Shown: positions 38,522 through 50,750, counted from the first letter of the stretch. The stretch: DNA of 64,000 nt from Rhodosorus marinus CCMP1338 (GCA_029953675.1 JAMWBK010000002.1:310001-374000); one strand, 5' to 3'. Translations and numbers: made by a program. The notes: generated from the sequence alone by a model not told the origin.

Positions 38522-40060
38522 TTAAGCCCCGACCGTTTCTCTAAGAACGAAGGAGCCATAGTTGGTATCGCTCACTGCCTCGTAGAACAGCATGTAAGCA
38601 CTTTGAACTCGCTCGCCCTCGAGCAGTCCGGATTGAGTTACGGTATCGTCATTAACGCAATACCAGACACCCGACTCGTTATCTACACCGTCCTGGACCA
38701 GACTCACAATGCCTTTCTCGACATGCCTCCCTGCATACCGGAGACAAGTATAGTGACCTCCAGAACCGCCAGTGTGTTCCGAATGCAGTACGACCGATCG
38801 AAGCCTGTACTCCACCCCATTCTGTTCGGCAGCTCCGTGTTCTTTTGTCAACTGAGAGGCAGTTATCTTCAAATCGATCACCGCAGGTCTATCGTCACGA
38901 ACTGGTGCGCCTACAATCGCACAAGATGGCGGAAACTTGATCAGGTTAATCGAAGGGTCGGCACATTAACAGACGGGCGCGCACTGGGAAAAGCTATTGG
39001 GGGTGACTATAAGATGTTTAGCAACGGCCTTACCAGTCTCTGTGCTCCAATTCAGTCGCTTGAGGTGAACGCAGAGCATCTGAGGCAGACGCGCAATGGA
39101 ATATGAAAGAGTCTGTGGTGTACTGCTCTCACACATCCAGCAATAAATCCCATCGATCAGCTCCTCTTTTCCAGTGACCTCATGCAGGCACTTTGTCAAC
39201 TGGATTTCATCAAACTCCTTGGGGGGCATCGCGAAGGACAGTCTGTTGAAGGTCTCCAGCTTCAGTCCTTCAGAGTATCCGCAGACCAAGCATGTCAAGC
39301 GCCGGCCGAGGTAGCCCGTGCATGGTGAAATCTGGGATCTGCGGGAGTTGAGTGCCGTTCCACGGCCGTTTCTCAATGATCTCAAATCCAAAGATTCCGC
39401 ACGCTGCGATGCTTCTGCCTTCTTCATTTGATCTGTCAGCAGGCTAAGAATTTTATCATACGTCTCGTCCGCGTCGCGAGGGAGGTCTACCCGATAGCTA
39501 GAAGTGAACGAAACAAAGGGACAGATCCGTTGAGATGTGCGCTTGCCAGACAACTCTACAGCGTGCTCTCTTGCTTGGTTGATCGTGCGGGGATATACCC
39601 TGCTAGCCTTAATGCGCTGGCTAGATCGTATGGTTCAACCATCCTCTTGCCACTCTGATCACCGTCCATCTTCCTCAGTACAGTATTTAAAACCGCGGCA
39701 AATCCTCCGCACGTCACTGTAACAACTCTGACGTAGAGTCTGAACGATTCTGACGTGGCCAAAGACTAAAAGATCGAGGTTTGAATTTCAGTCGAGGTTG
39801 GTTGCGGTTGAAGAGAAGCCTTCTTAACTTGTAGAAGCATACCGTGAGAATTGCGTTCATGTGACATGAGTCACCTGCAAATTTTGAACCCAAAAACCAA
39901 TCGTTAAGGACCAACAAAGGAAGCCAGCTTGGGGAGTTTGCTCCTCACCAATATTTCTCACTCCGAGAGGAATTACTTTCTTAGACACGGTCATCCTCAG
40001 CTCTCCTTGAAGAGAAAAAGCTATTACAGCCGGATGAGATGAGAGTTCTTTTCCCAGCAC
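38522..40060 (-). CDS. Ubiquitin-specific protease (C19; USP30/Ubp-like), 5' end unresolved
   Basis: Cys box GVRNIG|DSCHMNAIL; LTCLVCGY; CWMCES; RLPQMLCVHLKR; His box YRLRSVVLH..GGHYTCLR; WYCVNDDTV; AYMLFYE. Confidence 0.88.
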
Positions 40061-41011
40061 TTGTCTTTTTCCGCCTTGATAGTCGAGAACGAGAGTTTTG
40101 CTCCACGAATTTTTTCGGCCCTTGCACTACCTCTCGCTCGCTTCAGATAGAGTCTTTTCAGAGCTAAAATCCATCTCTGACTGCGCTTTCCTCCACGAGG
40201 ACTATTTGGTCCTTGAACTGAAGTCTTCAGCGGCGTTCGTGGACGAGCTTAAGTCTACTGGGACATGTACCCGAGAAAAGAACCACAGGTACTTGGCGAA
40301 ACCTTCTTCGGGACTCTTAAACAACCATGGCAAATACCAATATCCTCAAGACTGGTCGGTAGGTGAGTTGTAAACCTTCATAAAGCCTTCACAAGCGCTA
40401 TAGAATGACAGCAAAGCAGGAGTTGAAGCAGCGCAGAGCTAACGAGAGGGCTCCCATGGGGCGCTCTCGGACGGCGTTGATTCAACGCTCGATATCGCGT
40501 TATTATCGAGATATAAATCTACTTCTAGCCTCTTGCGTGCCATCAGTGCCTCCCGTGAGAGCTAGGCTTTCATCGGATTCATCCCAGCCTCTCGAAAGAA
40601 AATCGATCTTGAATTTCAAAACAAAGTGAGCAGGGAATTGAAAAAATAACATAATTAGAAAAACAATTAAATGTATTATGGTAATAAAAAGGAAGCTAGC
40701 CGTTCCTTTGAGACAACTCAAGCATTGCTCTCTGGGGAGGTTGTTGAGACGTTTGCCGAGTATGAAACGCACGATGGGCCGAAAGTTTTAGAGCTGGAGC
40801 ATATTCAAAGACTTTCTTTCCGAGGATCCTTTCCCGAGAGTGTACGCGATACCGCCCCCAATTCGAGAACGTTGATGGTTGGGTGTATTAGTTTGTCGAT
40901 CGTTTCGGATTGGACAGGGACATATGATCGTATTGTCAACGGAAGTATTTGCTTGGTTACACTTTTTGCTTCTTTATAAGGTTGCGGGAATACGGTGAGA
41001 AAGGTTCGGCT

Positions 41012-42001
41012 CTACTCCGCGGCAGGCACAGTAGTACGAATGTAAGGCTTTCCGGAGGGCAGATCGACAGTCTTGAACCCTGGGAATTTCTCTTCTGCAG
41101 CTTCGCTGCTGACTGATGGCAAAATGACACATTCCCTGTTTCGACGCGGAAGGATAAGATAAGAGTTAGCCACGAGATCGGGTTTGAACAAGCCCTTGGC
41201 ATGATGATAGCTTACTCTCCTTGCATCCAATCGCATGGAGTTGCCAGGCTTTGAGTGGCAGTGACCTGCAAGGAATCGATGACCCGAATAATCTCCGTGA
41301 AGTTCCTTCCTGTGCTAGCTGGGTAGAGAAGACTGAGCTTGAGCTTCTTATCAGGGCCAATGATGAATACAGCTCGAACTGTCATCGCCATTCCCTTCGC
41401 GTCCACTGGTCCACCCTGCAGGAGAAAGCACAGATCTTCAGCCTTCAATTCGCTTGTCGCACAGTTAACACAGTTAAACGGGTTGGTCATACCGATGCTG
41501 GAATCATGCCGAGGGCCTTGGCAAGAACACGAGTTGGATCAGCGATGATCGGATAGCCGACATCGGTGTTGGCGTAGCTGTTGATGTCCGGAATCCACTC
41601 TCGGTGGCTGGCGACGTCGTTGCAGGATACAGCAAGAACTTTGACCTATCGGAAAGAGTAGGAGGTACGAGCATTAGTACCAGGGTATGAAATTTGTAAA
41701 GCCAGGGATCCGCAGCTTACGTTGCGTTTCTCGAATTCTGGCACGAGCTGAGATAGACGTCCGAGCTCAGTGGTGCACACGGGGGTAAAATCAGCAGGAT
41801 GAGAACAGAGCATCGCCCAACTATCGCCGATCCACTTATGGAAAGACGGGATCGATCCAGTCTATTACAAAACAATAAAACAACAAGCACAAACATTTTC
41901 AGTTACTGAGCTCCTTCACTCAACCCGAAAATAGGCCCCGCAGACTACCATACCGAAGTCTCACAAGAAAAGTCAGGAAGCGTCTCCCCAAGCAACACCA
42001 T
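41012..42001 (-). CDS. PRDX6: 1-Cys peroxiredoxin (Prdx6 family), multi-exon
   Basis: MVLLGETLPDF; WAMLCSHPADFTPVCTTELG; TVRAVFIIGPDKKLKLSLLYPASTGRNFTEIIRVIDSLQ; ATPCDW; LPSGKPYIR. Confidence 0.96.
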
Positions 42002-42630
42002 CGTTGAGCAGCAGAAATTAAACAAACAAACGCAGCAGAACCCAAACGACACAAAAAAAAATAAAAACACAGACGATCAAACAGACACACACCAGAATCT
42101 TCAAAATCTAACGTCCCAGTAACTCATCCAGCTACCCCTGCCTCCATCCCCCATCCTCATCCCCCCGCCCCCCTGCCCCTCCCTTTCCCTATATACCCTT
42201 TCCTACCCAATCCCCTAAACCTATCCGCCACGAGCACAAAACCCCACAATTTCTCACCCTTCCTGTCATACGTCATGAAAGCAAACTCAAACACCCAAAA
42301 ATGCCAACTTTCCAAGAAAAATACAACAAATCTACAATTATTGTTGAAAAATCAAACATATAATATCTCAATCCTCTTCAAAATTTCCCCAAAACAATTT
42401 CTACCTTCGGTGTACAATAGGATATTCTCCAATTCTATGATACTCCTCAGAAACAACAGATTTTCAAGAGTCTGTCAATCCAGCCAACCCTTTTTTTGAT
42501 TGCTTTGCGAGAGAGGAAGTGGTCTCCCAGAACTTCCAACTCTCGCACTACTTAGAGTCAAATGGCGCGCTCGGGTGGGTGTGGGTGTCTTAGGAGGGGG
42601 AAAAGGGAATCGCAAGTGTGAGTGTGTGGG

Positions 42631-42773
42631 CTCTGTGGTTTACTGGAAGGTACTGTCTGACTCTATGGTTTACTGGAGGTTTTACTGGAAAAGTGAAAGC
42701 CGCGAGGTGGATCCTAATGAGAGGGAAAGGGGTGTAGGCAAGGGTAGGTGTTGCTCTGTGGTTTACTGGAAGG
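42631..42773. repeat. Three copies of a 20-bp motif CTCT(G/A)TGGTTTACTGGA(A)GG in a G-rich tract
   Basis: Copies at 42631, 42661 and 42754; partial TTTACTGGAA at 42681; degenerate copy near 42985-43016. Confidence 0.85.
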
Positions 42774-43350
42774 CGCTGTAAGGCTGGCTAGTTCCGGAGG
42801 CCGCGCTCTCTGCGATCTTTCTAGTGTAGACCTCCAAACAACAGATTTTTTTTAATGGTATACCAATGCTACAAAATTTCACCGGCTGAAAGATAGCACT
42901 TCATTTGAGCGGATGCGTGCTAGGAGAGGGAAACTGGAATCGAATGTGTGTGTATGTGTGGCTCCCTCTCGTATAAAGCAAGGCTCTGTAAGGTTTGGCT
43001 TAGCTCTGGAAGGCGCGTTCTCTGCAGCCCTTCCTGCGTAGTACCTAATTCGCGGACCTTGGTCACGGATGAAAGCTATCTGGCTACCTTCCAGCAGAAC
43101 CCACGCCCGGAAAATTAAATTCAAATAAAATCCACCGAACGTCCCCTTTTTATTCGTTGCCGTCTTCCGTCAGCTAAATATCATTAGCAGGCGGCATCGT
43201 TCGTAACCAATCAAACAATAGTTCCTAAAGAACGTATATAATACTTAACAAAACAAGCAAACGGCACAGTACAACTCCTTCTTAGCTAAAAATATAAAAA
43301 CATACATTAATCAATCAGAAAAAGATGCTTAGAATTAGGGTTGTCTAGGT

Positions 43351-43476
43351 TGTCATAAAACGTCCGATAATTGTTTTTTTGCAATGGCCATACAATATAT
43401 TGAATATACAAAGAAAAATAACTTTTAAGCCAATATTTGTTTGCGCGTCCTTTTTGTTATCGGACGTTTTAGGACA
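43351..43476. mobile_element. Foldback/MITE-like module 1 with 20-bp terminal inverted repeats (TGTCATAAAACGTCCGATAA)
   Basis: 43351-43370 pairs with 43457-43476 at 19/20; AT-rich interior; no target-site duplication seen. Confidence 0.55.
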
Positions 43477-44182
43477 AAACTATTTAGATTGAATACAGTC
43501 GTTTTTTGTTAAATATTGATTTATGTGCATATTATTTATGAAAACTTGGTTTAGGCTGTTGCAGTCAGTGTGGGAATTGCTAGGGGCTTATTTTCTTCGC
43601 TTTTTTGTCTTCCAACCGATTGCTAAGAGGGAGTGGGAGGTGGGCGGGGGGGGCGAGTGGGACGTTGCCTGCCTTCTTTACATTTTCTCTACCGGTTACA
43701 AACTGACTGCTAGTTTAGTTCTAATTGGGACGAAGGTTTCTCTTCAAATGGAGATATATGTAGTTCCTTTTTCTCGGAGAACCCTGTTCCAGAGCTCTAG
43801 TCTATCTGTGTTCTTGGTGGTATTCATCTTTTCAGCGTCAGCGTCCCCTTTTAACCACCACCACTGAACTGAGCGTTCACTATTAGTCTACGCGTGGCAA
43901 TCATTATTTTCATGGCCTCTCCTATCTCTTGTGGGAAATCGCCCTCCCCTTATCGGCGAGGTAAGCAACAGCGACATATTAGAATAACGACAGATACTGT
44001 AACCGGATCTGAAAGGCAGCTGAATTTCTCCGAAAACCCTGGATTTTTGATCTTGCTGGTGATAGAAACTCTATCCAAAGTTGACCGCTACGAGATCGGT
44101 CTTAATCCCCCAATATTTGGCGTACATTGCTCAGGGATCCATATAGAATACCTGCAAGCTTACAATCGGCGCTTCGAATCAT

Positions 44183-44660
44183 AGGAAACCTCCGAGACTG
44201 GCCCTTCCTCCCCAGCGATCTCACCCCGTGCGATAAACACCCACCCAGTCGCAGTAAACTGATCGAGGACGGAGAGCTTCCGGATCCCATGGAGGAACTC
44301 CACACTCCGTGAGATCTCACTGAAGAATAATTTCTGCAACCTACTTTTCCGGACCTCCACTTCCAGCTTCTACCTTTTGCACAACCACACAACGGGCGGC
44401 ACTACCTAAATACCGCCCTCTGATCAACACCGCTGGAAGCATCCAGCTGGAATGTCGATCATAGGGCTATCAATCCGCGGGTTTACTGACAGCCTTTGGC
44501 TACACGCGTTCCCACGGAAATACGATCAGCAGTTCTTATCTTCTCACTACGCAATATGTCAAATTCCACTGGATCAGTCTTGGCATCTTGGCCCTATAGC
44601 TTACTGACCACAACTCCCTTGCCCACACCAAAGCCTGCTCGCCATCGCTCAATCGAACCC
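44183..44660 (-). repeat. Left arm of a ~1.3-kb imperfect palindrome; inverted copy of the LRR gene 5' region
   Basis: Reverse complement of 45029-45461; exon-equivalent 44245-44369 differs from 45274-45398 at 9 of 125 nt with no indels; ~40-bp insertion near 44595-44632. Confidence 0.92.
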
Positions 44661-44739
44661 CATCCGAACGGGCGCGCGATAGGAATGAGTGATATCAACA
44701 TTTAGTACAAATGTACAACGTGTTACCTATAACTAGGAT

Positions 44740-44966
44740 TGTCATATTTCGTCCGATAAAGAATCTTAGTACAAGACGCACTAGTACATATCATAGAATA
44801 AACAAAGAAAATTGGAGTTCGGGCCACGAAAACTTTTGAAAAACTCTGTCTAAATAAGCAGTCCGTAATTAGGTATTTTTCGAAAGTTTTTCATTCTCTC
44901 ATGCTCGAAGTTTCTTCGTTTATGTGATATTATGCGAAGAAATGCTTTATCGGACGTTTTATGACA
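44740..44966. mobile_element. Foldback/MITE-like module 2 with the same TIR family, inside the palindrome spacer
   Basis: 44740-44761 pairs with 44945-44966 at 19/22; 44947-44966 is the exact reverse complement of 43351-43370; internal inverted repeat near 44828-44843/44877-44892. Confidence 0.55.
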
Positions 44967-45028
44967 CATCGCGCCTATATCTGAGAGTGTGAGACGATAG
45001 CTCAATAGCTAGCTTCTCCGACCCATCG

Positions 45029-45461
45029 GTTCCATAGAGCGATGGCGAGGAGGCCAAGATGCCAAGATTGATCGAGTGGAATTTGGCGTATCGTGTAGTC
45101 AGAAGATAAGAACTGCTGGTCGTTTCCGTGTGAACGCGTGGAGCCAAAGACTGTCAGTAAACCCACGGATTGATAGCCCTCTGATTGGCATTCAAGCTGC
45201 ATGCTTCCAGCGGTGTTGATCAGAGGGCGGTATTTAGGTAGTGCTGCAAGTTGTGTAACCGTGTAGAAGGTAGAAGCTGGAAGTGGAGATCCGGAAAAGT
45301 AGATTGCAGAAATTATTCTTCGGTGAGATCTCACGAAGTGTGGAGTTTCTCAATGGGATCCAGAAGCTCTCCGTCCTCGACCTGTTTACTGCGACTGGGT
45401 GGGTTGTTTGTTCCTAGGGGTGTGATCGCTGGGGAGGAAGCGGCAGTCTCAGAGGTTTCCT
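45029..45461 (+). repeat. Right arm of the palindrome, overlapping the LRR gene 5' end
   Basis: Inverted counterpart of 44183-44660. Confidence 0.92.
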
Positions 45462-46715
45462 CTTAGCAAAACAGGTTGGCAACTTCTGCTCGTTTGCTTG
45501 TATAGTCTTTGGCAACGTGGACAAAGGGCGCGCAAGCCATTTCAAGTTTCCTGGGGAGGTCGAATGGACGCTTCACAATTGTTCGATACTCTGAAAAGCT
45601 TTGACCAGGCCGAAGAGGGGGCGCCAGCGCATCCAGAGTACGTGAGGTGACTTGCAGGCCGTCATTAAGATGCTCTGAAATTTGATAACTGCTGACGAAC
45701 TTCGTATTTTGATTTCAACAGCCCAGAGCCCGACTTCCGTGCTCGAATATTTTCCGCTCGTAGCGACGGAACGAATCGTCTGGATCTCAGTAATCTGGAT
45801 TTGTCGGATGCATCTCTGTGCACTTTACTAGATGCGATTGGGAGTGTTGAAAAGCATGTGCAGGTCGTTGACATGTCAATGAATTTTCTCACGGGCTCCC
45901 CTCAAGACAACCCCGGATGTGAAGCTGGAACCGGATTTGCCAATAAGTTTCCAGATGTTCAGTCCTTGGATCTCTCCGGGAATAGCTTAACTTCTATTCC
46001 AGGGTTCGTGACGGCCTTTCGGAACCTCAAGGTAGGTTTGCAGCGTCATTGAAAGCGATGTGAACATCGTGAATCGGAGGAGTCGCATACACACTCCAGT
46101 CCTCTAAGCACTTCCGGGGTCACCCAAACGATCATGCGGGAACAATGCCAGAGGCAGTATACTGGAGCCTACTACTACTCCAAAGCTACTGGAGTTGCCA
46201 ACCCGCTCGTTGGTCAGTTTTGGATAAACTGCGTTCCTAACAAACCGCTGTCGGTATACTGTAGGAGATTGACGTTTCAGATAACAGCTCCTTGGCAATT
46301 TTCGATACCTCAGTGCTTCCGAAGAGCGTCCGCCACGTCTACGCAAGAAATTGTGCTCTTACAAAGTTTCCTGAGCCGCTCGATGCTCTGCCGGGGACCT
46401 CTGTACTACAGCTTTCCGGGAACAGAATCTGTACTGTGCCTGGGGATATCGGTGCGTTCCAAGAGAGTTCTCCTTCACGCACTGCACCCGTCGTCATATC
46501 TGACCAACATCAATCGTACAGGAGAGCTGGAGAACCTAGTGTACCTTAACATAAGCGACAATGAGATAGAAAATCTCCCTGATGAGGTTGCCGAAGCGGA
46601 TCAACTAAGAGCGCTGGTTTTGTATCGAAATCGACGGCAGTATGGGTACTCCACAGATCTGAACGAGTTCTTTAGCTCCCGCGATGCTCTAAGGAGTGAT
46701 CAACCAGCCCTCTGA
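45274..46715 (+). CDS. Leucine-rich-repeat protein, multi-exon, start uncertain (45274 exon or ATG 45564)
   Basis: RLDLSNLDLSD, VQVVDMSMNFLTG, VQSLDLSGNSLTSIPG, VLQLSGNRICTVPGDI|GELENLVYLNISDNEIENLPDEV, LRALVLYRN. Confidence 0.8.
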
Positions 46716-46830
46716 GTATGCAGACTTACCCAGTAGCTGATGGATGTTCATAAAGCAGAATTATTTAACAAGTTACATAATCCAACGCATTGATGGAGTA
46801 GGCGATGCCAATATCTGTACAATGAGCTGT

Positions 46831-49646
46831 TCATTCTGTCCTGAAAAAACCATTACTCAGCTCGACTAACCAATGCTTCTCGATCTCGAGAGCAGTTCGG
46901 ACGTAGCTCCTAGTAGTCAGTATTAGTTCATGAAATATAATTAGAGCCGGCCTCTTCCGGAGTCCACGGAGGCAGGAGGACGGGTGAATATCAACTTCGA
47001 CACCACCGGTAAGCCCCCTCGTGCTGCCATAAGCTACGTATTTTTTGTCCTCTGAGCGTAAGTACGCGGCGTTACGAAAGTAACCGGCGACGAGGCTCAT
47101 CCGCACAGCATCTAGGAGATCACCTTCAAGCTCCCTTTCGTCGACACCGACTGCATTAACACCGCCAAGCAAGTCTTCGATCTGCTTCCTGATGTTCTGA
47201 GCTGCGAGCATACTCCTTTTCCAGGACCGAACAGAGGAAGGGTCCAAGTCCATTAGAAGCGCAAGCACCTTCAGTGACCATGCAGCTCAAGAAATTCCAA
47301 AGGAACTCAAAAAAGGAGTGTGCCTCGTGCTAACCTGACATTGAGGAAATATTTCCTGCAAAATTGTGATCTGTTCTCTGATTCAAGCTTTTCAAAAGAT
47401 TTGTAGGCGAAGTACAAGCTAATGTGGTCCCCGTACGGTGAGGCAAACTTTTTCCTGGACCCTGCAGCTTCGTCCCGTTTCCCTCTTGGGGAAAGAAAGG
47501 GAGACTGCGAAGCAGTTGACCTCAGTTCAGATCCCCGAGCAGCTCCCGCTCAGTTTGGTTCGCTACCCCTTACCTCAACAGTTAGCATTGCAGCCAAAGT
47601 AAGCATCTGTGGGAGGCAATTAGACCTCTTGGCTTCTAAAGTCGACCTAGCCAGCATCGGGGGTAGAGGCAAGGAGCTCATGGTCTTTCCTAATTCGGTA
47701 AGTCCCATCTGCTCATCTACAGCCGACAATGAAAACAAAAGCTCAAGCGCATTGGCGACAGCCTTTTTAGGAGGGGGATCAATGAATTCGAATTTGAACG
47801 GGTTTCCTAAAGGAGAAAATGGACATAGAATGGAGCGCAGAATTCAGCGGCCGGAAACTGGTGGCACCGTAAAGGGAAAGTTGCAGAGAAACGTGTACGT
47901 ACCTATTCCCATCGCCAGGAGGTGAAGGATTGCAGAAGCAAGATCGCAGCGAAGAATTTCCGGAATTGGATGATCTTCCATTTTGTGGTAGTCGTCCTCA
48001 ACATATAGCCGGAAACACTTCCCTGAGTACCGAGAAACGTCAGACTTTGAATTTTTAGGGTCCAAGTTGGTGTTGACTCGAATAGCAAGAAGAATTTGAG
48101 GAATCCAGACCTGGTGACTCCCTCCCCGCGCGACCAGCCCTTTGACGAGCTTGGCTTTTAGATACAGGACCCACGCGCAGAATATCTGCTCCTGTTCTCA
48201 GATTGACAGTTCTTGATTTCGCTACGCCCGTGTCAATTACATATTTTACATTCCTTATGGTGATGCTGGTTTCCGCAACGTTTGTCGCGAACATGACCTT
48301 TAGTACAAGTAAAAGCGCACATGTCAGTTTCGCCAACGTATGTACCCGCCTTCACGAGTACCCACCTTTCTGCTGTGATGTCTTTGTCCAGGTGGAAGAG
48401 GTTCTATGGCCGCCATCTGCTCATCGGACGGCAGTGCAGCGTAAAGAGGCCTGGCAACAAGCGTAGCCAACTTGTGGCCGTTAGCACGCAACTTCGTTAT
48501 TCGACTTTCTAGTATGCTTATCGCAGCATCGATTTCCTCCTGCCCAGTCAAGAATACTAGGATATCTCCCGGCATCGATTCGTCCGTGTGCACCTGCCCC
48601 AAAGAAGAACCAACCCGACTGGTGAGCAGCGGTTGGACACCAGCTCCTATTGTCCACGAATTATACCTGCAACGTGGCAGTGATTGCTCCATCAAGGTAG
48701 TCGCTCACTGGTTCACCAGCGAACATCATTTCTATTGGAAACGTACGCCCAGGTACAGTTACCACTTCGACAATGGAGCCCTTGTTGTAAAACCTGGCGC
48801 AAGAGGCACATTCTAATAAACGACAAACACGGCAGAGCAAAAAACAGTTCACGGAACATACTTCCTCAATCCATCAATATCGGGTGTCGCGGACATTACA
48901 ATTAGTTTCATTGAACCTCTTCGAACTGCCAGAGCCTGTTTGGATATGCCTAGGAGAACGTCTGTGCTTATCGATCTCTCGTGGACCTCATCGATTACAA
49001 CGACGGCTATATACAGCCACTTCAATCAGATAGGCTGTTGACTCCGCTTACAGAACAACTGAATTTCGCACGTGATGCGTACCATAATTAGATAAGACTT
49101 GGTCCTCGAGCGCTTCACGCATGAGGATTCCGTCAGTCGCATACTTGAGCCTGGTTCTGTGGGTTGTACAGTCATCGAATCTGACAGCGTAGCTCACTTC
49201 ATCGCCAAGGCGGCATCCACGTTCAGTAGCGACCCTACTGGCTACGGACATCGCTGCTACTCTTCGAGGTTGAGTGACTGCAACAAGCTTCCCTTTCAAG
49301 CCCCAGTCATCGTCCAGGATCATTTGCGGAACCTGGACGCGCACGACAATGCATTCAGACCTTCAAACAGTAGCTTCTGCTTGTTTCCAAGTCCAGGGCG
49401 AGGCTGCAATTCAAGCGAATGAACGAACAGACCAAACCCCTAAATGAGCATAGAAATCTATACTAAAGGCGACGGACTAACCTGAGTAGATTTGCCGCTA
49501 CCAGTATCCCCGACGAGTATCAGCACATCGCTCCTCGCAAAAGCTCTAAGGATTTTGCTGCGTGCAAACTGAACCGGTAACTTTCCCTTTCGATCGCGAT
49601 GGCCATCATTCCTATCTGAGCCCTCGAGAACTCGTTTTTGTCTCAT
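46831..49646 (-). CDS. DEAH/RHA RNA helicase, DHX33/Prh1-like, multi-exon
   Basis: GDTGSGKSTQ; TQPRRVAAMSVASRVA; YATDGILMRE; IDEVHERS; MSAT; DILVFLTGQEEID; FATNVAETSITI; QRAGRAGR; HA2/OB-fold tail (IHPSSCL..IIFHELILTTRSY). Confidence 0.93.
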
Positions 49647-49651
49647 CTTGT

Positions 49652-50750
49652 TCACAAGGCTCTATCCTCCATCCATCGACAAAGGAACTGCCCCCTCCAG
49701 AGCTGAACAGTCTTTCCTTGACTTGATTCTATATTCAAAAACCCTTGATCTGGATCAGCAGCAATCCGCTCTATGCAGTAATCCTTGTCATATCCATAGA
49801 GCATCACTAGATCCTCCCCAGAAGCGAAAATCGTCGTTTCCCTATTGCATTTCGTCACCTCGCTCAGTAAAACCCACAGCGTGAATGAAAGCATCTCGTA
49901 AGCTCGTAGGTGTTCAGTTAAGAACCCGATGACGACTGAGCATAGATGGAGACCTCAGCGATCTAACCGAGGTATAGGTGAACAAGCAGCAGCATTCTGT
50001 TTTTTTGCAGAGAAGATATTGCAATAGATGCTCAATCGAGCTGAGCTTGTTCCATTCCGCTCATGTTAGTGCAACGGACTGTTCATCAGGAGGAGGACAC
50101 GACCTCACCTTGGGAATGCTTGACTATGAACTCAGCCTTTCGATACTCGTTTGATGTCTTGGGACGGTGGACAACGGGTATATGGTCTCGCATTGGGCCT
50201 TGCTAAGGAACCAAGTAAAGACTCATGGACGAGAGCAGTTTGAGACTCCTCGGACACCCGGAGAAGTATAGGACATTTCTCAGGAAGCACGGCCTAAGGA
50301 TGCTGAAAACCACTCTTTGACATGTGGCTGACGCGATTCCTTCTTATTCAGCAGTCTGAGAGCGAGGCCAGCGACATTTACCGAGCAAAAGCCCTCCCAC
50401 GTCCCCAAAATGCTGACACTCCAACATGTGCTTGCTATTGATTGGCTTACTCTGCATACGAGGCTTCGTAGCTTGTGCTTATGACCTCTTACTTAGACCG
50501 TTCCCTCGGGATGGCGGTCTGATACTCTTTGACCCCACGCCTTTCTACACAAGTTTGCCTCGAGAGGTCTGTCGTAGGATGAGAATGGTGTTCCCACCGG
50601 ACCTATGCCGGTCTGGTTTCGCAAATTTCCTGGCAGACGACCAGCAGGTTAATTGCGAAGCGATTTTGGGATTATTCCAACGTCATGCTTGTGCATTTGA
50701 CGTTGATTCTCAGTATATACCAGCACGGCGACCAAGTAGAATAGGCCCAT
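49652..50750 (-). CDS. Orphan 187-aa protein deduced from 7 phase-compatible exons
   Basis: Exons 50750-50721, 50602-50493, 50412-50382, 50293-50258, 50202-50109, 50040-49968, 49841-49652 (564 nt); all six introns GT-AG, 55-126 nt; open frame MGLFYLVAVLVRWEHH..NILGTWEGFCS..RWMEDRAL*. Confidence 0.7.

Noticed and set aside
48975-49000. DEVH instead of DEAH in helicase motif II
   Set aside because: Within the normal DExH variation; all other motifs are canonical.
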